Shown here in pieces: positions 55,461 to 64,000 of a DNA stretch of 64,000 nt. The notes beneath the pieces are model-generated. The model was not told the origin of the DNA. It worked only from the letters and a program-made list of their open reading frames with translations, and ran no database searches. The position numbers and the translations under genes are program-made. Position 1 is the first letter of the stretch, and each line of letters opens with the position of its first letter. The DNA is from the human T2T-CHM13v2.0 reference genome, Homo sapiens, in assembly GCF_009914755.1 (NCBI RefSeq), contig NC_060926.1. One strand, written 5' to 3'.

Positions 55461-56849
55461 AACAAGACATTATGTCATTGGTCCCTATTAAAAAAAAGAA
55501 AGCCATCTTCAAATGATCTTCACACTGGCAGAGGTACAGTGGGAAAAGCTTGGACTTATTGTAAATATAGGCTTCTGAGCAGGCCATTTACAAATGCCTC
55601 CCTGCCCTCTCCATAGGACTATTACACACAACGATGGAAGGCAAAGTGCTTGGCTCACTGTAAAATGCCTCATTAATATCAGGGTTAGTGTCACAGGGAC
55701 CCTTCTTCAAGCTACAAACTTCATAGCTGTAGACCAAGCTACTTTTAAAGACTCATTCGTTCGTCTGCCTCTCCATCCAATATGTGCCTGGCCCTGCCTG
55801 TTCCCTGTTAGAGCCACAGAGAAATGGGACACCATTTCTGCTCTCAGGGTGCTTACTTTCTGGAACTGTGATCTCCCACTTCCCACCCTCCACCCATTGC
55901 AGGTTCTCCAGACAAGGAAAAAGAACCACAGCTTGTGTCGTTTGAGACAAACTCCCCAATAATTGTGATAATCCATCTTCCACTCCCTTACATTTGGGAA
56001 GGATGTAACATGCAACTAATAGTCAGAATACAAAGAAAAAGGGATGGATTCCAGGAGGTTTCTTATGAGTAATGAGAATGGAGCTCAGAGGTGGGAAAGA
56101 GCACTCTTACTGGGGATTATACAAGGCACCAGGAACAGGAATCATGAGAGGTGGTCCTACACCACCCTATCCCCAATTTGAAGCTGCTACTCAAACTCAT
56201 TGATCCCCCAGCATATGTTTCCACTTTATTGTCCTTTCTACCCATCCACATCTTGCCCATCCATCAAAATCACAGGCTACCTCAAGTCTTTCTTTCCTGA
56301 CCACTTCCAGCCTATAAAGATCTCTGCTCCCTTCATGTGTGACCCTCAGGGTCATGTGTGACCCTCACTGGCACTGAAGACAAACAGCCTTCTAGTATTG
56401 GCTGTTTGAGTTTGCACATTTGACTTCCTTGACCAGATTGTTAAGGTTTCAAGTTTCCTAGAGGATAGGATTGTGTCTGCGTACCTCTTGTGGTCTTTGC
56501 ATGGGAGGACACCTACAAAATGGTAGGTACTCAGTGTCACATGTCACAACTGATATATTTTGGACTGGTTTACATAAAATTAGGGAGCATCAGAAGATGT
56601 GTTTCAGCTGTGGTCTTCTCTCATCTAGAGCCAGGGGTGGAATACATATGTACAGGTGGAGTAGAGATGAAGGTGGAGGTAGAGAGAGCAGGAGAGGGTA
56701 GGAGGAAAAGAGGAGGGAGGAATCCTTAGACCTGCAGTGTAACTGCTGTGTAGTTTATGCATGGAACTTAATGAAATGATTAATCTGTACCAGATGGGTC
56801 CAAAGGCCATGAAATTAATAACTCTATTTGGAAGGGAGGAAAGAGACCT

Positions 56850-57075
56850 CATTATAACTTATGAAGTAAGATTTGAATTTGAATCTAATTAGTCTTAACA
56901 CTTATTAGCTCCATATCCTTAAACAAGCTATCTAATCTTTTTGAATCTTAGGCTCCTCATTGATGAAAAGGAAGGTAATAATAATACTATGTCACAAACA
57001 TTTAATTTGATAAGAAAATGAAGTAACATGTGAAAATAACCAGGTCACTGTGCCTAACATATGATATATTTAATG
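56850..57075. mobile_element. MIR at the NT5C1B 3' end. Many other MIR/L2 relics are scattered through the window (e.g. ~16500, ~25750, ~31040, ~37400, ~46500, ~50650, ~53500).
   Basis: atttgaatttgaatct...acttattagct...ggctcctcattgatgaaaagg...taataataatactat. Confidence 0.6.
57001..57006 (-). terminator. NT5C1B: Candidate distal NT5C1B poly(A) signal ATTAAA
   Basis: tttaat on + strand, followed on the minus strand by tgtttgtg. Additional AATAAA hexamers at 57891-57896 and 57366-57371. Confidence 0.55.
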
Positions 57076-57910
57076 ACCAACCAATTTTTGTTGAAAACAA
57101 AACAAAAATCATGAGAGAATGACAATGAAGGGCCAGGATACTACACTTCATGTCACTTTTTGAAGTGGTAGCGTAGGGTCTTTTTTTTTTTTTTTCCATA
57201 CAAATATGGATGTGCCAGCCTGCCAGGCCCAAAGCCGGAGACTTCAAATATGAAACTCTGTGGATCAGAGGCATTTAACCCACCAAATAATTTTCAGAGA
57301 ACCTTTCTTAGGGGTTTCTGTTTAAGGCTTATCTTAGAAAGTACCCTGGAGGAACAACCAGATGATTTATTTCTAAATGAGCAGTATCAAAATTGTTATA
57401 CTCATGCAGGTAGAGTGAAATTCTCATTTTGCTTTGGTTACAAAGCTAGCCATAGCAGTCACAGAATACAAAGCTCCAGTTTTCAAGAGTGTGCTTAACC
57501 ATACTCCTTCTACCTTTGAAGACACTATTCTACAATGCTGATGGGTAACAATTCATTGTTATCTACAAACATCCAAAAATGAGCAGTGTTTATAAAACTA
57601 AGTAAGTTTCTAAAACAGTGCCTTAAGCATGCAAATATTCAAGTTCTAAACTTATCCTAAAGAGTCATCATTATGACTTACACAGAGATAGGTGTAATGG
57701 CATTCAACAGTATTGGTAGTTCAAAGAGAAGTAGTTTGATGGTAACTTGAGGGTTCAAAAGGTTTTCCAAAAAATCAGGAGAAAACCTTTCCAAAGAAGC
57801 AAAGTTTTAAGGTCCAATTTTCTGAAATACCTATCTAATTATCCTAGAGAGCCAAAAGAAGTGGCTTCTGTAACACCAGACTATCACCACTTTATTTCTC
57901 CTCCCTGCCC

Positions 57911-58234
57911 CTAACTACTGAATTTTTTATTAAAGCCATAAGCTGCGATGGAACCTAACCTCTGTGCCCCTTCAATGTGGAACATGTGGTCATCAAAGAA
58001 GATGTGGGGCCGGATCTTCACCAAGATGGGACTTTTGGGGGCTCCAGCAAGGAAAAGAGCTTCGTCTATCTCTAGACCCCAGCGTCGAAGGGTCTTCAGC
58101 ACACGGGCGCCTGAACTGGCTGCACTCCTAGCTGTAACCAGGTAGGTCCTGATAGGACAAAGTAACCGTTCATTTTTGGCATAGAACTTCTTTTGCAGTC
58201 TGCCTAAATCTTCCAGAAAGCCTTTTAGGGGACC
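57911..58234 (-). CDS. NT5C1B: Cytosolic 5'-nucleotidase 1B, terminal coding exon (107 aa + stop); upstream exons lie outside the window
   Basis: Acceptor tgttccttttacag|GGT (phase 0). Reads [18 protein letters not shown]...[37 protein letters not shown]...PHIFFDD...FSS*, the C-terminal part of cN-I family nucleotidases. Confidence 0.95.
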   Translation of the reverse strand, partial: GPLKGFLEDLGRLQKKFYAKNERLLCPIRTYLVTARSAASSGARVLKTLRRWGLEIDEALFLAGAPKSPILVKIRPHIFFDDHMFHIEGAQRLGSIAAYGFNKKFSS

Positions 58235-58379
58235 CTGTAAAAGGAACATATATCACAGCTGTGATACAGTGAGCCAAAGAAAGTGAATGCTAAAAAGCAG
58301 AGACCTATATGATACGATACAATACAAAGGATATAATACAGCATGACATGCAGTGTTATGAAGCTGATGGCAAAATGCT

Positions 58380-60400
58380 AAAACTTGATAGGAATTTATG
58401 TGAATATGTTTTCTGATATAGAACCATCCTTGCATTCCTGGAATGTGCCTAAAATGACCATATTATTTAACATGTAAACCTATATACTTTAGGTATGAAA
58501 GAATGTTCAATAAATACTTAAGCCAGGACAACAGACATAAACTATCCATGGTAAGCTGGAATAGAGGGTCACTCTAAATAAACTCTAATTAGTTACCAAA
58601 GCACTACTCTTTTAATTTGCTTTTTGTGAATTGTGCATTTTAACTTTATGAAGTATATGCTTTTGTCTAGTTTAATGCTGTTTGGCTTGAATCTAACTGT
58701 GTCTTTCATTTTTAACCTTTCCAAACACTTGGTTTTAGTATCTCTTGTACAGAGCCTAGAATTGGATTTTGCTATGTGATACAACCTGAAAATCTTATTT
58801 TTTAAAACAATAGTTAAGTTTTTGTTCATTTACATTTATTCATATTACAAACATACTTGAGATTGTTTCTGTCTTATGGTTTTTATTGCATTTTCCATGT
58901 TTTAAAATTTTTAAAGGATTGTTCAATAATCTGTGTCTTTCTTCTTTGTAGTTGTGTGTGGGTGGTTCTTCTGACATTTAAGAAGGTTTACATTATTTCC
59001 TTCTATAAATTACCTTTACAACTATAACCTTTTATAGTACCCTCAGTCCTCTATTTTAAAAAGAATCCCAGATCTATTATTCTTCATAATGAGAAATAAT
59101 GAAAGCAGGGCATTTCTTCAATGTCTCTGTAGTCCTCTATTTCTTCTCCACCATCTAATTTTAGTCATTTATTTACTTTTCCTTGGTGTTTCTTTTGCAT
59201 TATTACATTTTGTTTTATTTCTGTTTATCAAGTTTACATTTCATCCTTTGATTGGCTATTGTAACTGAAAATTCCAGCATACTTCTTCCGTAGACCTTCT
59301 TTCCCCATATTTTTCCATTTTTTGTTAGTTACATAATTTGTACATCATACAAATTTGTTCATTTGTACGGTTGTTTTAGTTTTAATTCTATGGTTAAGTA
59401 TATTATATGACCATTTGTGCCTTTGTGCTTCTAGTCCTCTGCATGTTGGCCGAAATTTGTCCTGTAGTACTGATTTTCTCAAAAACATCTTATGGTAATA
59501 ATCCCTGAGAATATAGTATATTCTCAACTATATATCTATTTCCTCTGTCCTTGAATAAACTTTTGGCTAGATATAGAATCCATGATTTACATATAAGATT
59601 CTCCACAAGATCTTATAAGTAGTGCTCCACTGTCTTTTGCTTTTGAATGCTGCTCTTGAGAAGTTTGAGGGCCTCTTGATTGCCATGCCACCTCTTCCAT
59701 CACTTACATGAGTAGGCAGCCCAGATAATTATTTCTTCCTTTTGAAGCCCAGTAATTTCACTAGGCCATGTCTCAGTGATGGTCATTTTGATTCTATACC
59801 TCTGTCATACAATATGGGCTTTTAATCTTTAATATTTTAATCATTTAATATATATAAATATCTTTGATAATTTAGCAGTTTTTAATTTATATTTTTACAT
59901 TAATTTGCATCTTTATATTTAACATCAGTCCCCCTCCCCCAACATGATTTTAAAGTTTTTCTTCAGGGATTCTACTTAGGCATATGCTGGGTCTTCTTTA
60001 CCTGTTATCTATTTCTGTCATTTTTCTATATGTAATTGTATTTTTAACAGTAACAGATGGGTAATAACTCTATTGGAAGGGACGAAAGATTTACAGCATT
60101 CTATAACTTTCACATTTTATCATGTCTTCCTTGACTATTGCATTTTTACTTTATGATCTTGCTTTAAGTCTTTAAAAGTCATGGCAAATGTTCAGTCATA
60201 ATTATCTGTATTATGTCAACTTTTTCTTGTAAGAGCTCTTCATCTGTTATTAGATTTTTTTCTTTTTTAATCTGCCTTTTTCTCATAGTATCTTTGAATG
60301 TATTCAATGTCAGCTCTCTTTTTATTATTACTTATACTGAAGTAGACTGGTTTTTCTTGGGATAATTGGTGGGTTTCTAGGGGAAGGTCAAGGGTAGTAT
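58380..60400 (-). mobile_element. Old L1M fragments in the NT5C1B last intron
   Basis: aaccatccttgcattcctggaat and atctcttgtacagagcctagaattggattt are L1-like; highly decayed. Confidence 0.6.
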
Positions 60401-62199
60401 TTGGAGACTGACTTGTTTTCATGATTCAAAGGCTCCCTTCTTTGCTGTCATGGAAACAAACAGTTTTCTGTAAACATGACTTATTGTGTAACCATTTGCT
60501 TAAATTTTCTTTAAGGTTGTATATCTTAGAAAAAAACAAGTAAATTTGCTTTCTCACGGTAAGAGGCCATACATATAGGTGAAAAAACTGGGACTGTTTT
60601 TATGACAAAAGCAGAAAACTCATAGTGACTGTTGGCAGGAACCACCCTCATTGCAGTTAGTCTTTAAAACACAGAGGGGCACAGTTTCCCTTGCTGTTTT
60701 TGGATGATTTCCAAATGGAAGAAACAGAGAATGCTGAGTTATGTCACCACATTCAAACCAAGTACCCATCTCATTCTCTTTTACTTCTATATTGGGGTAT
60801 GTTTTATAATTTATACATTTGCACAGTAGTACAGCATATAATTTATCAATAAAAATATAACAATACTAGGGAAGCTTACAAAAAGCAAATACTAGGGAGA
60901 GACTGTTACTCCCACCCTAATAACAAGAAAACTCCAATCTAAAAAATAACTTTTCTTGAGCCCATCAAAGAGCTGAGATTGCAGGGTAACCACCTAGCAT
61001 GAAAACTAGGGAAAAACAGTCATCTTCAAGAAGACATGGAGTGCAAGAACTGTGTACTTTTGGTAGAGTGTTGAAGAAAGTTATACCAGCTTCCATACAA
61101 GCAAGTACAAGCAATTCAAGTAATTTCAAAAAGACATTGACAAAGAACTAGGGTCCACCAATGAGAGAGCATAGAAGCCCTAGGATCCACAGGCACAAGA
61201 AGTACACACTCTCTTTTAGGCTTTTCTCCATGGACTTCACTAGATGCTGATGACAAAGACTGCAGGCAGTGGGGTGATAGAATAAAGCCATCCTTGATGG
61301 TACAGGTGTGGAGGAGGGGAGCAGCTGCCACTGGGGGCAAAGACTAAAACTCCCCCTAGTTGCTTATACCCTCAGGAACAAAGAGCCTAGACTGCTAGAA
61401 GAGCTTCAAACACTGTTATCCTCCAGGGCATGAGTAAAGATCCACTGTTACAGAAGAAAACATTCTAACTTTGGGAGAATAAGAGACTATCAAGGATTGG
61501 TACCATTAGATATTGGCTATCACTGGGGCATGGCAAGATCCAGGATGTTCATCCCTAAGCCCTAGGAAGATAGAAGAAATAGCTGGGAAGGGGTAAGAAT
61601 GAGGAGACCTTCTCTGCAGCAGACACACAGGGAAGGCCTGCTGCTGAAAGTCGACTAGAAATCTTGAGAAAAACCCTCTGGTAAGCCAGTTTGCACCCTA
61701 AGAACAAAGTTGATACCAGACAAACTTGGATCCTGTGGTGCCATGAAGATAACCATAGCAACCACAAAACCTAAAACAACTTTAATACCTGATTTGATTG
61801 ATTCAATCTATCACAATAATTGCTAGTCCCACAGTAAAACAGAACAAAACAAAATGAACAATCTACTTTTAGGAGAAATTAAAAGAACTAGACTTAGTAA
61901 TGACCCAAGTGTCACAAATATAACAGAGGGAATTGAAAATAACTGTGATTAATATCTTTAAATGTCTACTTTAAAGGTGGATACCATACATGAGTAGACT
62001 AGCAATTTTGGCAAAGAGATTGAAATGAAAAGAGTTGAATGGAACTATATAAAGAGTGCCTAATGGATGTGTCAGTAGACTCAACACAGCTGAAGAAATA
62101 ATGAGTGAACTTGAAGACAGGTCAATAGAAATTGCCCAAACTGAAAAGAGAAAGAGAAAAAAAGAGTGGGGAAAAAAGAGCAGAGCATTGAAATGCTGT

Positions 62200-62202
<3 letters not shown>

Positions 62203-62238
<36 letters not shown>
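62203..62238. repeat. (CA)n microsatellite, about 18 units
   Basis: Direct reading. Confidence 0.95.
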
Positions 62239-62240
<2 letters not shown>

Positions 62241-62724
62241 CCCTCTCATATTCAAACCAAAGGAAATATAGACAATTATGAAGGCAGCCAGACAAAAACA
62301 GACACATTACATACTAAGGACCAAAGATACAAAATTCATAACATTTGTCATCAAAATCTATACAAATGAGAAGACAATGGAAGAGCATCTTTAAAGTGCT
62401 GGGAGAAACACACAGTAAACCCAGAATACTACATTCAGTAAAAATAAAATATTGTTTTAAAAACTAAATAAGATTAAAACTTTTTAGGCAAAGAAAAACA
62501 GAGATTCAGTACCAGTAGATTTGTACGACATGAAATGTTAAACAAAACAAAATAAAACAAAAGATCTCCTGGCAGAAGGAATATGATAACAGAGAAAAAC
62601 CTGATCTACACAAAGAAAGGAAGATCTCTGAAAATGATTAAAAGGAATTTGAATATGAAATACATATTTTTGCCTCATCCTTATTTACTAGACGGTATTT
62701 AATTGCCAAAAACAGAAATAGTAG

Positions 62725-63147
62725 TGGAAAAGAAAAATAAATGTTGCAGTCCCCAGGTCACTAAGCTAAAGGGAAAAGTCAAGCCTGTAACAGCTTAGAG
62801 ACAACCTGCCTCCCATTCTATTCAAAGTCACCCCTATGCTCACTGAGATAACTACATATCTGATTGCCTCCTTTGGAGAGGCTAATCAGAAACTCAAACC
62901 CACTTGGAGTCTTCCTACCTTTGCTTCAAGCTGTCCTGCCTTTCCAGACCGAACCAATGTTCATGTTACATATGTTGATTAATATCTCATATCTCCCTTA
63001 AATGAATAAAACCAAACTGTGCTCTGACCACCTTGGGCACATGTCGTCAGATCCTCCTGAGGCTGTGCCATGCATGCGTATCCTCAACCTTGTCAAAATA
63101 AACTTTCTAAATTAACTGAGACCTGTTTCAGATTTTTGAGGTTCACA
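62725..63147 (+). mobile_element. MER4A1-type ERV1 solo LTR inserted in L1
   Basis: TG...CA ends with 4-bp TSD gtag; ctaagctaaagggaaaagtcaagc...aaataaactttctaaattaactgagacc. Confidence 0.9.
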
Positions 63148-64000
63148 GTAGCAAAGTATAGAGAGTTTATAGAATAGATAAAATAATATATGACAACTGT
63201 AGCACAAAACATGAGAGGCAGAGTTTGGCAGTTCGTTGTTGCAAGGTTCTTACAGTACATATGATGTTGTAGAGTATAACATTGACAATAGACTGTGATT
63301 ACTTAAAGTTGTATATTGTAAACACTAGCGTAACTAATAAAAAATTTTAAATGAGTCATAAGCCAATAGTGGAGATAAAATGGAACGTAAAAACACACAA
63401 TAAGTCTGTAAGTAAATAGGGGAAAAAAGAAAAGAAAAAGGGGACTAAGAACAGTTGGAACACAGAAAAAACATAGGAAGATAGTAGATTTTAATCCAAC
63501 CAAAGCAATGATCACATTAAATTTAAATGTCCTAAAAACAGCAATTAAAACACAGGGATTGCCAGATTGTATAAAATAGCAGCACCAACTGTAATATCTA
63601 TAAGAAAAATAAGTTAAATATAAACACAATTTAAATATAAAGACATAGATAAAAGTATAGAAAAATCATATCATACAAACATTAGCCCCCCCAAAAAAGC
63701 TGGAGTGATTATATGAGTATCAGATGAATATTACATAATGAAAAGATATTAATTAAGATTAAGACAATATAATAATCCTAAATATGTAGGCACCTAAAAA
63801 CAGAGATTCAAAATACATGATACAAAACTGATAAAATTGAAAGGATAAATAGATAAATTCTCAAATATATTTGGAGATTTCAACATTGCCTTCTCAATAG
63901 TACATAAAGCAAGTAGACAGAAAATTACTGACAATATAGAAAACCCAAGCAATATGACCTGAATTAATTTACATAATCTAATTGACATTTATAGAATACT

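Larger units (their letters stand above)
60880..64000 (+). mobile_element. Old L1 5' portion (5'UTR, ORF1 remnant, start of ORF2), running off the window
   Basis: ORF1 coiled-coil remnant SRLNTAEEIMSELEDRSIEIAQTE at ~62075; ORF2 endonuclease start-like atcacattaaatttaaatgtcctaaa...caattaaaa at ~63510. Confidence 0.8.

Overview
Primate (very probably human) genomic DNA, recognised as the RDH14 / NT5C1B locus (from memory, chr2p24). The right quarter holds, on the minus strand, the complete two-exon RDH14 gene (336 aa short-chain dehydrogenase; CDS 54686-54294 joined to 49919-49302) with a CpG-island promoter (ZNF143/THAP11 SBS motif plus CCAAT box). It also holds the terminal coding exon of NT5C1B (58234-57911), about 3.2 kb upstream of the RDH14 start codon in the same orientation. 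Splice phases explain the NT5C1B-RDH14 read-through: an in-frame fusion by exon skipping, and a frameshifted tail (...[10 protein letters not shown]) via a cryptic donor inside the NT5C1B last exon. The left ~48 kb is intergenic and repeat-rich: Alus, old L1/L2/MIR, MaLR and ERV1 solo LTRs, and a near full-length Tigger1 with nested AluY and THE1 insertions. It contains one strong CTCF motif and a few enhancer-like unique stretches. Almost all other listed ORFs are spurious. I found no convincing wholly new biological system. The best leads are the read-through splice architecture and an in-frame acceptor/donor pair in the RDH14 5' leader. Repeat family names come from recalled consensus sequences, not from a search.
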